Shown: piece after piece, positions 37,290 through 50,209 of the stretch
Position numbering within the stretch: the first letter of the stretch is position 1
Layout of the letters: every line of letters begins with the position of its first letter
NCBI RefSeq assembly: GCF_000143415.4
Contig: NW_003314336.1
Location: forward strand, 175,296 to 239,295
DNA from: Selaginella moellendorffii
Lineage: Eukaryota > Plantae > Lycopodiophyta
Direction of reading: 5' to 3'
Length of the DNA stretch: 64,000 nucleotides
Program-made: the position numbers and the translations under genes
The notes under the pieces: generated by a model
What the model saw: the letters and a program-made list of their open reading frames with translations, nothing else
Database searches by the model: none
Told to the model about the DNA's origin: nothing

Positions 37290-39585
37290 ATCGAGTCTAG
37301 AATAAGTCTGAGATGGGACCTCAGAAGGAGTCCAAGGTGGAGTCTAAAAAGGAGTCTAAGAAGGAATCCGAGATGGACTCGAGATGGACCTGAGATGGAT
37401 TCTGAGATGGACCTGAGATGGAGTCTGAGGTCGAGTCTGAGATCGAGACCAAAATAAGAACCAAGACCAAGACTGAGATCAAGACCAAGACCAAGACCGA
37501 GACCGAGACCGAGATCAAGACCAAGATCGAGACCGAGACTGAGACCGAGTTCGAGTTCGAGTCCAATTGGGAGTCATAGTCTGAGTTTGAGTTGGAGTTG
37601 GAGTCTAAGTCTGAGAGTGAAAGCCTAAAGCAATCATCTCCTAGACTTTAGGGGGTTTGGTGAGCTCCAAAAGTATAGTAAAGGGGAGGACTTCAATGGA
37701 GCTTGTTTGGCCAGGAAAGGCAATGTGACCAAGGAAGGTTATACCCACGTATGTAAGCAGTTGGATTTTCTATTCTACTTTAGTCACTTAACCACACTTC
37801 CAACCACTTGGAAAAGTTTTACTCACAACCTTTATAAGTCTTATTCTAGACTTGGGGACTTGCTTGCCCCAAGAATAACATCCATGCCACTCAACTTTTG
37901 CACTTAGTCGAAGTGCTCCACATGTTCAACCCCATGATCAAACCCAAAAGTACCACCAACATACCAGGCCATTATGCTAAGGCCATGCCCATCAGCTTTA
38001 TCGTATTGGTGATCCAACACCACCTACATTATAGTCTCGTCTTTCAAAGACTAAGCCATCCGCCCATGAGTGATCATCCCAATCCAGTTGTTAGCATCCT
38101 TAGGATGCCTATAGACATGGACAACAACCTTCCACAATATCCCTTTTTTTGGTCCTCACCAAGTCTTTTTCCATCCATGGCCGTGTTCGCCAACATTGCC
38201 ATTGGGTCAAGGCCAATAGGCCTATATAATTGACTAATTTTTCCATTCTACTTTAGTCATTTAATCACACTTCTGACCACTTGGAGGAGTCTCACTCACA
38301 ACCTCCATAAGTCCTATTCCAGACTTAGGGCTTGCTATCCCTGAGAATTGCATCCATGCCACTCAACCTTTGCACTTGGTCGAAGTGCTCCACGTGTCCA
38401 ATCCCATGACCGACACCCCAAGGTACCACTAACATATCAACCTATTATGCTAAGTCAATGCCCATTCACCTTGGTCACACTAATGGTTTAACACCATTTG
38501 CATCACAGTCCCGTCTCTCAAAGACTGAGCCATCCATCCATGAGTGATCATCCCAGATCCACTCTTTAGCATCCTTAAGATGCCTGTAGACATGGGGAAT
38601 AGCCTTCCCCAATATCCTTTTTTCAGTCCCCAATAAGTCCCTTTCTGTCCATGACACTGCCATTGGGTCAAGGCCACAGGCCTAACCACTAAGTCCCACT
38701 GTCCTTTGGGACTTCCTCACCATGTGACTGCATACTTGGTAACTACACCAAAAGATTGCTCCTATTCCTTTTCACAATCTAGGGGGCACCATTTTGGAAC
38801 ACTATGGCTTTACGTGAGCCTCATGGGTACGCTCCCCACCTTCTGCCTTTCGGTGCTCTAGCCATGGGGCTAGAGCGAGGTTCCATTGAGCAACACAAGG
38901 TATCCAAGTAGGTGGTGCCACCCACACTTGGATTGGGAACATCAACTAATATGTGGGCAAAGCTATGAGATATAAAATCCCTAGGCCCAAAGAGGAGCCA
39001 AAAGGGTGCCACATGGTAGTGGCTGAGGTGGAAGCCAAATGAGCGTATCACATTTGGACTAAAAGCTCTAACTTGAAAAGCTGAGAGTGGGAATGGAACT
39101 CCCACGAAGTGCTCGAGGAACGAATATGAAACAAGCAATAAGTGAGTCTCTAAAAAAGAGATGGACCTGAGATGTAGTCTAAGAAGGAGTCTGAGAAGGA
39201 GTTTGAGATAGAGTCTGAGAAGGAGTCCAAGATGGAGTCCAAGAAAGAGTCCAAGATGGAGTCCGAGATGGACCCAAGATGCAGTCCGAGATAGACCTGA
39301 GATGCAGTCCAAGATAGACCCGAAATGGGGTCCAAGACAGAGTCTGAGATGGAATCCAAGATGGAGTTTAAAATGGACCCTAGATGGAGTCCGAGATGGA
39401 GTCCGAGATGGACCCGAGATGGAGTCTGAGATGGAGTCTGAAATGGACCTGAGATGGACTTGACATAAAATCCCTAGACCACAAAGAGGAGACAAAATTG
39501 TGCCACATGGTAGTGGCTGAGGTGGAAGCCAAATGAGGTAACACATATGGACTAAAAGCTCCAACTCGAAAAGTCAAGAGCGGGA
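37290..39585. mobile_element. Nest of at least 5 truncated family M LTR pieces in both orientations
   Basis: + piece 37290-37751; - pieces with termini at 37752 and 38225; + pieces starting at 38964 and ~39460. Confidence 0.8.
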
Positions 39586-39668
39586 TGTAAGCCACAAATT
39601 TTTCCAATTTTTCCAATTTGCCAGCTTACCTCGTTTATCTAACCAACACTACCTTGGCCTTAGTTAAG

Positions 39669-41360
39669 TGTCAGCGACGGATTTTTCCATTCTACTTTAG
39701 TCACTTAACCACATCTCTGACCATTTGAAGGAGTCTCATTCACAACCTCTATAAGTCGAATTCAATACTTGGGGCTTGCTAGCCCCAAAAGTGGCATCCA
39801 TGCCACTCAATCCTTGCACTTGGTCTAAGTGCTCTATATGTTCGATCCCATGACTAACTGCCTAAGGTACCATTAACATATCAGCCCGTTACGCTAAGGC
39901 CATGCCTATTTGCCTTGGTCACATTGGTGGGTCCAACACCACTTGTATCACAGTCCCGTTTCTCAAAGATTGAGCCATCCATCCATGAGTGATCATCCTA
40001 GATCCACTCCTTAGCATCCTTAGGATGCCCGCAGATATGGGGAATAACATTCCCCAATATTCCTTTTACAATCCCCACTAAGTCCCTTTTCTATCCATGG
40101 CCGTATTCACCAACATTGCCACTAGATAAGGCTCATAGGCCCAATTACTAAGTTCCACTGTCCTCTGGGACTTCCTCACCACATGACCGTATCCTTTGTC
40201 ACCACACCATAGGACTGCTCCTCTTTCTTTCCACAATCTAGGACTTTGATATGACATTTTGGAACACCATGGCCCTATGCAAGTCTAATGGGTACTCTCC
40301 CCACCTTCCACATTTGGTTGCTCTAGCAATGGGCTTAAAGGGAGATTCCGTTGAGCCACACTAGGTATCCAAGTAGGTAATGCCACCCACACTTGGATTG
40401 GGAGCATCGACCATTTGATCTCCCAGGGGAATTTGAGCTGGCTTTTGAACACTTCACCAAGCTACCCCACTTGTCAGTCCATATTCACTCTAACCTTAGA
40501 CTTCCTAGTGGTCATCCCATCACCCAACACTTGGGTATGGCCTTCTTGGGCCAATTTGGCCTTTCCTAGCTAAACTGGCTCCATTGGGGTCCAACCCCCA
40601 CACTCTCTCTACTATACTTTTGGAACCCCCTGTAGCCACCCCCCACCCAGGGGATGATCTCTTTGGGCTTTCATCCAATAGCCTATATTAGTATTCAGAC
40701 TCTAACTTGGACTCGGACTCAGACTCAGTCTCAGTCTTGTTCTCGGTCTCGGTCCCGGTCTCAGTCTCGATTCCATCTCGGACTCCATCTCGGACTTCAT
40801 CTCGGGTCCATCTCAAACTCCATCTCGGACTCCATCTCGGGTCCATCTCAAACTCCATCTCGAACTCCATCTCGGGTCCATCTCAGACTCTATCTTGAGT
40901 CCATCTCGGGTCCATCTTGGACTCCATCTCAGAATCCATCTCGGGTGCATCTCTGGTCCATCTCAGACTCCATCTTGGGTCCACCTCAGACTCCATCTCG
41001 GATTCCATCTTGGGTCCACCTCAGACTCCATCTCGGACTCCATCTTGGGTCCATCTCGGACTCCATCTTGGATCCACCTTGGACTCCATCTCAGACTCCA
41101 TCTCGGACTCCATCTTGGGTCCAAATTAGACTCCATCTTGGGCCCACATTGAACTCCATCTTGAACTCCTTCTCAGACTCCATCTCGGGTTCATCTCGGA
41201 CTCCATCTCACGTCCATGTTGGGTGTTCCACTCCCACTCTCGACTTTTCAAGTCAGAGTTTTTAGTCCAAACATGTTATGCTCATTTGGCTTTTGCTTTG
41301 GCCACTACCACATGGCACTCTTTTGGCTCCACTTTGGGGCTTTGGGATTTGTGTCTCACA
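39669..41360 (-). mobile_element. Family M solo LTR (1692 bp) inserted in a sister-family LTR
   Basis: TG...CA termini; perfect TSD TTAAG (39664-39668 and 41361-41365); expanded 12-mer array ~40770-41210. Confidence 0.92.
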
Positions 41361-41819
41361 TTAAGTTCCTTCACCAATGTCCCACCTATTGTACCAGCTC
41401 CTACTTGGTCCTACTTGGATTCGGCTACTGACTGCACGAGCAATTGAGCATTAGCAATCCATCCATGGATTCCCAAAACTCTCCCAATCCCCCTCCCCGA
41501 GTTAAACTGAACTTAAGGTTTGGCTACACCCCCTGCAGGCCCAAGCAACCAAACACACCAAGCCATGGGGCTGGGTAGTTTTTGAGCTGAGCTCAAGTCA
41601 ATGAAAGCTAATGAAAGTCAATATAGTCCACCAAATACAAAAGTTGATGTTTAAATGATTGGTTTGGGACAAACAAATAATTTTACTCAAAACTTAAGAC
41701 ATATTTTTTGTCAAAGAAAAAGCTAAATAATATAAGTCTAATAAGAAAATAAATATCATATGTCAAAGAAGAAACTCTATATTACCACTAAAAAATTTGT
41801 CTAAAAAAAAAACTAAACT

Positions 41820-42253
41820 TAGTCTTCCTCAACATCCATATCCACAAAAGGAGGAGTGCATATAGTATTATACTCTCTAATTGTGGGCTCTTGTTATATA
41901 TGAGCTTGTGCCATTGCTTCTACATAACATGGCAAATTATAGCCCATGCTATCGATCCACCTAATATACACAACCTATCACCTGTTATGAAATGTCCCAA
42001 GAACACCTTTAAATGCACTCTCCTTCTCGAGTGCAAAAATTGCATGGCTAGTCTCTTTAGCTACTAGCACTATCGAACTAAAACCTACTATAGCATCAAG
42101 CACAATCTCCTTAGAAGGACAAAACAACTCTAGGAGGATTTGCATGGCCTTTAGTGAATGGTATCGATAACCAGGAAACTCTATATGATGGTCTTCATTG
42201 ATGACATTCAGGATGATATCTGTTGAGCTATCATATCCTAGCAATGCCAAACC
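41820..42253 (-). pseudogene. DNA amino-methyltransferase (N6A/N4C, beta-class)-like C-terminal exon(s)
   Basis: LKAMQILLELFCPSKEIVLDAIVGFSSIVLVAKETSHAIFALEKESAF parallels the consensus 'L..LI..F...G..VLDPF.GSG.T..AA....R..IG.E....Y' (motifs X-I-II). TGCAG acceptor at ~42255. Catalytic D/SPPY motif not found. Confidence 0.5.
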
Positions 42254-42475
42254 TGCACGCTCATCAGCTTGTGTGAGAAAAAAGAAGTAGTTCCCTTGGC
42301 ACTGGGAAGATCAGTTCGTTGCCGAACCAATTTTACAGCACCAAGGCAATGACAAGAAAAAATAAACCCAAAATTTGATGTGTTGGGAAGATCAGTTCAC
42401 TACTGAACCGATCATTCCAGCGTAAAGTAGTCGTGAGGTGCAAGTTACTTGCGAGTTACAAGCAAAAGATGGGGA

Positions 42476-43149
42476 TGTAGCGCACCTTATCTCTCTCCCC
42501 TTAAGCCAACTAGAAAAAGGGCAATTGTTTGATGAGAGAGCCCTTAGTGGCTATTTTATCCCCATTTATCCCACAAGGTTCTAAGGATCCACGGTGATAG
42601 TATATCTAAATCTCATCCCATAATCACATACGGTACACTCACCCCCCTTTCAGAGATGTCAATGTCCTCATTGACTATTGACTAACAACCCCTACTAAGC
42701 TAAGGGGAACTAAGACCTCCATTTGCACACTTAATCTACCAATCCTTCCATTGTGTAGATTAGCTATTCCATGTGAGGTAACTAGTCATCCACCCGTACT
42801 GCAATCCCACAGTGGATACCTTCGTCTGTGGATACTCCATGCAAGAGAAAGGACGTATGCATGGATGCCCAATATGTACGATTTCAAATTTAGGTGTAGG
42901 AATATACCTTGCTGAAGGGTATATTATATTTTTAAGTAGCCACTAATCAATGGGAATCGAACCCGTGCCATTTGCTTCGATACCACATGTAGCACACCTT
43001 ATCTCTCTCCCCTTAAGCTAATTGGAAAAGGGGCAATTGCTTGATGAGAGAGCTCTTAGTGGTTATTTTATCCCCATTTATCCCACAAGGTTCCAAGGAT
43101 CCATGGTGACAGTATATCTAAATTTCATCCCATGATCACATGTGCTATA
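42476..43149 (-). mobile_element. TRIM (674 bp)
   Basis: Direct 162-bp LTRs 42476-42637 and 42988-43149; perfect TSD GGGGA; PBS-like TGGTATCGAAGC 42985-42974; PPT AGGGGGGTGAG 42648-42638; non-coding interior. Confidence 0.92.
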
Positions 43150-43326
43150 GGGGAAATGGAAAAACAACAGAGAGAGGCATACCTTGATTGAGAAGTGTCT
43201 TTCTAGTGTCTTGAAAAGCATCTAGCATCCTAATTGAGAAGCATCTTAAAGCACATTGCAAGATTCAAGTGTTTTTCTCTCGCCCTTCCTTGCTCACACA
43301 ATAGTAATAAAACCCTAAAAATTAAC

Positions 43327-43373
43327 AGTCATGATCAATGGTCATGATCAATAGTCACGATCAATAGTCATGA
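43327..43373. repeat. 13-bp tandem repeat (AGTCATGATCAAT, ~3.5 copies)
   Basis: Seen directly; bracketed by the inverted repeat AAAAATTAACA/TGTTAATTTTT. Confidence 0.85.
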
Positions 43374-46086
43374 GTCTAGTGACATGTTAATTTTTTAACA
43401 GTACTTGGATATATTTATTGGACAAATCCACTATGAACATAGTTTTCCCGTGTTCTTTCCAAGGAGACAATCATTCAATGCTTTCCACGCACAAACCAAT
43501 TTCTGAGCTTGACTCTCTCTCACTTATCACAAAAGAATGAAACTCTTTTGAAGGGAGAAGAGCATAGAGATGAGAGTGAGAACAAGCAATTAATGTTACA
43601 ACTCTCGTGATTAATCGGAGCTTCTCACTCATAGCCCCATTCATTTTGACAGTATTATTCCTCTCACTATCAGTTATACAATAAATATGGGTGGCTCTCT
43701 AAGATTCTCATATAACTCTAGATTCTAAACGGTTGTATATTTTGTTAAAATATTTAACTTGTCCTTTGCAAAGACACAATTAATTAAAGCTCACAATACA
43801 AGAGAATATCTTTGTTCTTTCTTGTCAATTTCTCCCCAAATTTTTTCTAAGTGCTCGAGCAAGGAGAAGATATGAAAGAATTCTACTTGAAGTTTGATCA
43901 AGAGCTTCCAATTGTTTTCTCTAAAAGTGTTATAAAAGAGAGCTTCCTTTGCAAAAGATTCAAGTTGAAGCCAAGATCAATTAGTTTGGAGAATGTATGT
44001 CGGGATAAGGTTGATCAGATAGAAAAATCCACTCTTCTCAACAGTGGTGTGGGAGAGAATGGGTTTCAGTGGGATCTTAATAAATGTACAGGTCAGGAGC
44101 TTCTAGTTATAGGATCTCCGAAGTGAGCAAAGGAGAGTGTGTAAGTTTCACAGCCAACTGTGCAAAGAGTGAAGGATGAAGTTGTTATTATCTCTAGTGA
44201 CGAAAGTGAAGAAGATGAGCTTCCTGATATAGCTTCTTAGACAAGTAGGTGCATTCCTTCTGGACCAGTTTTTCAAATGGTGGATAAGGCATTTTAGCAA
44301 TCTCGATCATTACAGTTAGAATTGAAGGAGTTCCAGTACATGAGAGGTGAGGAGATTCCATCTTCCTATAATGGGAATATATTCTTCAAATTTCCACTGG
44401 CCATTTTGTTAAGCAGAAAGAGGGGCATGAAGACATGTCTTGATCCACATAATTGGTGTAGAATAAAGACGACCCACTTCTCCCATTTCGATAGATCTGT
44501 GTCCATAGTCCATTATGGTGGACAGCTTTAGTGTGTTGCTGGGAAATGTATTTCTAATCATGGCAAGAATATGTGTTTCTTTGAAGGCTCAATGATCAAT
44601 CCCCCTACGCATGATGAGGTTGCTACAGGGTTTAAATGTCGCAAATGCGAGGCAACACTTGTGTGTAAAGCATGTTGCGATACAAAAATGTATTATTTTC
44701 TTCCACTAGATGGATGTTTAGGTAGAGCAGTAGTGCATGTTGGATACCACCAACATGCAATAGAGGAAGGAATCCATTGTGATTTTTTTTGCAATTTGAA
44801 GGTTGCTGTTACTATAGAGGCTGAGAAAAAAAGTGCTGCAACTCTAAAGTGTGTTCAACAGTCTGTACTAAAGGACTATGTAGTGGACATGTTGCTACAA
44901 GTTGATAGAAAAAAAGAGTTCATAGAGAACAGCTTGAAGAATTTGTTTCGAAAAATAGAACCTGTAACAAATTTAAACAGGTATAAGTTAATACCTAACT
45001 ATACTTTGTCACTAGAAACACTCTTTTTTTTTGGCAGAATAAAGAACTGGATGCGAGAAGGGTGAGATGGAAAGTTTCAATCTGGATTGGATGCAATTTT
45101 GGAGTTAAAAAGAAAATGTCTCTATGAGTTTATTCATGAGAGCTTGTTTGTTAGCCAAGTGATTTCGAACAGTCAACGTCCTTTCATCTTTAAGATGTCC
45201 ACCCTTAGTCTTGTTTTCGGTGTGGACCTTGTACAACGAATGGATATGGACGGAGATGGGGACTTGGCTAATTCTTGGATCCATTTTGACCACATGGAAC
45301 GAGTTTCAGGCTGGTCAACAATGGGGCTCATGTTTATGATCACAAGTGGTTTTTCATTTTTTAAGGATTCCATACCGATTTACATTATAACCATTCATTC
45401 TATAAGTTGTTGTGCAATTTAACTATAGCTATAGCAAAATTCAAGGTTCAAGATTTCTAAACTCAAATCATTTTTTGGACATATATGTCCAAGGTTGTTT
45501 AACAGCAAATTGGAAAAAAGCCCAACTTCTGCAGTTTCATGGCGATGCTAACTGGTTGGCTATACAACAAGTATTTGGAGGTGATAAAAGTCAACCATTA
45601 CAAGGGAGTTATGAGTTTCATTGGGTAAAGAGTGTCAATGAACATTGCCGATGCATCAAGTCTAATTTCCATCACGAGTTCAAGTAGCTTTGTTGGGAAT
45701 GGATGGATGCACCAACTAAAGAAGAGCACGAGGAAAAAGCAAATGAGGTGTGCATATGGTGGTATGAAGGAAACAAAATGCCAATTGAACACTTTCCACA
45801 AATGGAGTGTTGGCTTGCATGGTGGGAAGTTCAAATATTTCAGTAAGGCCATTATATTCTCTATGTAAGTTTTTTTTCATTTTCTTTTCTTGTCACATTC
45901 AAATGTTGCATTTTTCCTAGGATTAACCACTTGATGACATTACACTTACACCAACAATTAATCTCTCTAAAAGCAAACATTGGAGTTGGAGAGTTTTCGA
46001 AGCAGGGAAAGGAAAAGTGTCCCTCTATGAAATTACACTCTCCGACCTCACTAGATCTCTTTAGCAGTCATCAAAAACTTTGGCAG

Positions 46087-49030
46087 TGTTAGAGCATGGC
46101 CACTAGGAGAGTGAGAGAGAGAGAGAGGGAATATTCTAGTCCTCAGAATATTCCCCATCTTCCTTGTATAAAACCCTTGTCCCACAAGGGCAAGGAGGGG
46201 CATTTTGCGAAGAGTATTGAAGCATTTCTCGTGTTTGAGCGAGCATTAGGGGAGGCACTCTTCTTTCTCCCAACAAATGGTGAACCCGGCATGACGCGCA
46301 ACACTTTCTAGGCGTCATTTCTCTCTTTTACTTCTGGCCGCAAAGTTTAGGAAGGAATTCTTTGTTCGTCTTGCAATGGTTTTGTTTACTCCTATGCATG
46401 TTGGATAGGTCTAGAGCTCCTCTTTCCAGCAAGGTATGGCACTCATCAAGCCGTGTAGTATTTGAAGAGATACAACGTTTCTTGGCTTGGTTGAATGACC
46501 ATTTTGGGGTTTTCATTTTCTCGCTTGGATCCTCGGCCCAATTTCCCAAGGTAGTGCATTTGGGCTTGTAAATCTGGTCTAGATCTTCAAGTAGTGGTGA
46601 TTCTTGGCACTACATTTGGGCGAATTGACGGCGTGCAAAAGTATTTTCTTCTCCGGCTAAATTGGGTCATTTTTGTAGTTGGAATTCTTGCTCCTCCAAG
46701 CTTTGTTTTGGATGTTGTTTAGTTCTCGAGGTGCTCTTGGTCCTAGGCTTTCCAGAAATGTCAACAGCGCCTTAGTATCAATCTACATTAGTGATATGCA
46801 TATGTTTTTCCACAATATTGGGGTTCTGGGCTACCTCTTCTTAGATTTTGGGGAATATTGAAGTGGCTTTTTCCCAAATTCTTGCGATAGAGGGTAGACG
46901 AGGCTGAGGCCTTTCCAACGAGCCCACCAACAATCAAAGTGGGGAAGGATCAAGACTAAAGGACTCATTTTTCTCTTTTGGGGTAAACTTTGTTGGAGGT
47001 TAACGAAGCAATCTTCAAGGAACGGGTAGCCATAGGAACAGGAACAGGCACAGGGATAGGAGTTGGTGTTGGAGCAGGTGTAGGAGTAGGAGTGAGAGCA
47101 GGGGGGTTACCAGTTACAGGTTACAGGTCCCCAGTTACCGGTTACCACTTACTCCAATGGCTACTCTAGCAGCTATTTCAGCAGTTACCCCATGGGTCAA
47201 TGGTTATGTGCACTTGAGGCCTACATCTCCATTTTCACCCTTATTTCATTTTGGGCATTTTGGGAAACTTTGAGCAACTTGAACACTAGCCTACAGTGTT
47301 CTTGCTCCTGTCAACCCAGTTGCCTTGATTGGGCATTTGCAATGTTCATGGTATTTGATGCCGATACAAACTAGACATGCGACAAATTTGCACCCTTTTA
47401 CCATACCTCAAGGCCCTAAGATACGGAGTAAAATTTCTAACATCCAAAGGCAACTTAGGTACAACATTGCACCTTCTCATGCTGAGTCCTCTTCATCCTT
47501 GATAGATTCCAGTGACTTAGATCTACGAGTTATGGCACAGCCACCTTTAACTCGATCTCAGCTCCATGTTCTGCAGAAGGGGAGTGATCTGCTGACCTTC
47601 TCAGGTGTTGGAACAGTCTCTCCACCATCACATATTAGTTTCTTTGATTACTACTGCACCACAAACATGACCGTCGATGATGATCATATGTGCTGCGACT
47701 TCTTGCAGTCTCTCGAAGGCAAAGCAACAATTTGGGCAGATTCTCTCCTCCCAGAGGACCGGACAAACTTCCAGACACTGCTTGTTTCTTTCAGAGAACG
47801 ATTCGTTGAAGAAAAACGCACAAATTGGCTACTTATCGACCTCTTTTCGTTCCGGCAAGGTGCTCACGAGTCTATTCCTGACTACATCACACAATTTCAA
47901 GCTTACTAGAAGCAGTGTTGGGATCACAGAGTAGTCCAAGATGAGCAACAGGGGATCACGGCATTCATAGCGGTTTACGTGGGAACTTGCAAAGGAAACT
48001 TCTCAAGAAGACATTCCGGTCTTGCCGTGAGGCATTTTCATTTGCCACGAAGCTAGAAAGAGAGCTTCTGGTTGACCTAGGGATTGCTAGAGTTGATTTC
48101 GACAAAGCTATCACCCCGTTAGAGTCATCTTGTGCAGCTGTTCGCCTGTCCACAACAAAGCCCGTCGCTATTGAGCATACACCTCTGGCTATTGAGAACA
48201 TTGCCAATGAGATGCGGCAGCTGAAGGAGATCATTCTTCAGCAACAATCACACCATGACAAACTGATCCAGGAGCTAGTGGAGTCCAGGAAAGAGGCCGC
48301 TATAGCTTGGAAACGCAGATTTAAATCTCGTTGGTGCATTCACTGCGAGATGAACACACACAACACACAACACTGCTTCAAGCTTCACTTAGAGCTTTAG
48401 CCTCCATCTTCTCAACATGTCCAACAATATCCCTTCGCTGATAACTCCACATCGTCTCGGGGTCTAAAGACATATCAGGAGCAGTTGGAGCGACAAGCAA
48501 TTGAGGCAGCCCCTTCGTCAAGCAAAGGCAAGGCACCAGCCTCATCAGTCAACACGATTTTGGTAGCCAAGGAACTCTATAGGGCACAGCAGCAAACTGC
48601 AGCCACTCGAGCCCAAGCGAAGAAGAAGGTAGCCGCTTAGCCTGCCACAGATCCCCAGGTGCCAATTGAGAGCAAATCTCCGTTAGCATCAGGCCCAGTG
48701 ACACAGAGGGTGGCTTGTAAGCTGCCCTTCAAGTCACTACTCTCTTCTCCTCCTGAGATCTCACCAACAGCTATTCTTGTTCTGGAGCCGATTCTTCAAC
48801 AGCTGGTTGACACTCCCGTCACCTTTTCGCTCCGAGACATGTTGTGTCTTGTCCCGGGATTCGGCCAGCGTTTGGAGGAGTTTGCATGGTCAGGAACACC
48901 AGAGAACACTCTCAAGAGGACTCCTCAAGAGGTGCACATTGTCGACATGACAAGATACAGTGGAGATCTTGGTCCATTCTTCATCCCTGTGCAGATCGGT
49001 ACTTCCTCTTGTAGGATGGATGCTTTGGTG
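46087..49030 (+). mobile_element. Truncated LTR retrotransposon: 5' LTR, gag with CCHC knuckle, start of protease
   Basis: TGTTAGAG start; gag (LEGKATIW, FRERF, FRQGAHESIPDYITQF); WCIHCEMNTHNTQHC; ...MDALV cut at 49030 by a family M fragment. LTR 3' boundary uncertain (~47348). Confidence 0.8.
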
Positions 49031-50209
49031 GGAGCATCGACCATTCGTTTGCTAAAGCTGGCTTTTGAACATTTCATCAAGCTACCCCACTTGTCTATTC
49101 ATATTCACTCTAACCTTGGACTTCCCAGTGGTTATATCATCACCCCACATATGCCTTCTTGGGTCATACTAACCTTTCTTGGCCAAATTTATTCCACTGG
49201 AGTCCAACCCCCACACTTTTCCTACATACTTTTGGAACCCCCTGCAACCCCGCTATCCCCCTACCCAGGGGGATGATTGCTTTGGGCTTTCACCAACAGC
49301 CTGTATTAGTATTCAGGCTCGAACTCAGACTCAGACTCAGACTTGGTGTCAGATTTGGACTCGGTGTCGGTGTTGGTGTTGGTGTTGGTCTCGGTCTCCC
49401 TTTTGAACTCCATCTCAGACTTCATCTTGGACTCCATCTCAGACTTCATCTTGGACTCCATCTCAGACTTCATCTCGGACTCCATCTCAGACTCCATCTC
49501 GAACTCCATCTCAGGTCCATCTCGGACTCCATCTCAGACTTCATCTCGGATCCATCTCAGACTCCATCTCAGACTCTATCTTGGGTCCATCTCGGACTTC
49601 ATCTTGAACTCCATCTTAGACTCAATGTGTCATGTGTTGGTCCTCTTGTGTCCCTTTTCTAGAGACTCACTCATTGCTCACTTTGTGCTCATTCCTCAAG
49701 CCCTTCATTGGGAGTTCCACTCTCACTCTTGACTTTTCAAGTTAAAGCTTTTAGTTTAAATGTGTTACATTCATTTGGCTTCTGCCTTGGCCCATACCAT
49801 GTGGCACTCTTTTAGCTCCACTTTGGGCCTTAAGGATTTTGTGTTTCACATCTATGTCTTTGAGCATTCTAAAGATGCTATGGTGGGGTTGTGGGATGAC
49901 CACTCATGGATGGATGGCTCAATCTTTAAGAGATGGGACCATGGTATAGGTGGTCTTGGACTACCAATGAAACAAAGGTGAATGGACAATAGGCTGATAG
50001 GTTAGTGGTACCATTAGGTGTTTGTCGTGAGAATGAACATATAAAGCACTTGGACCAAATGCAAAGGATGAGTGGCATAGAGGCCATTCAATGGACTAGC
50101 AAGTTCCTAATTCAGGAATAAGATTTATAAAGTTGGTGAGTGAAAATCCCTTAAGGGGTCAAAGGTGAAGTTAAGTGATTAAAATAGAATGGAAAATTAA
50201 TTGGTTACA
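49030..50209. mobile_element. Two family M LTR fragments in opposite orientation (49030-49850 minus; ~49855-50209 plus)
   Basis: Terminal motifs GTGTTTCACA (49850) and GGAAAATTAATTGGTTACA (50209); 12-mer array 49405-49620. Confidence 0.8.

Larger units (their letters stand above)
41566..46086 (+). mobile_element. MULE-like DNA transposon, left part, with degenerate transposase at ~43850-46080
   Basis: GCM/WRKY-like zinc domain (D.H.W...C..C...C...RAVVHVGYHQH), WIHFDH, GDANWLAIQQVFG and YEFHW fit the Mutator D-D-CxxH-E layout. Short introns, many stops. Putative terminus GGGGCTGGGTAGTTTTTGAGCTGAGCTC at 41566. Truncated by the LTR at 46087. Confidence 0.65.

Noticed and set aside
40770-41210. 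CRISPR-like repeat array
   Set aside because: Contiguous 12-bp tandem units with no unique spacers, no cas genes, eukaryotic context.
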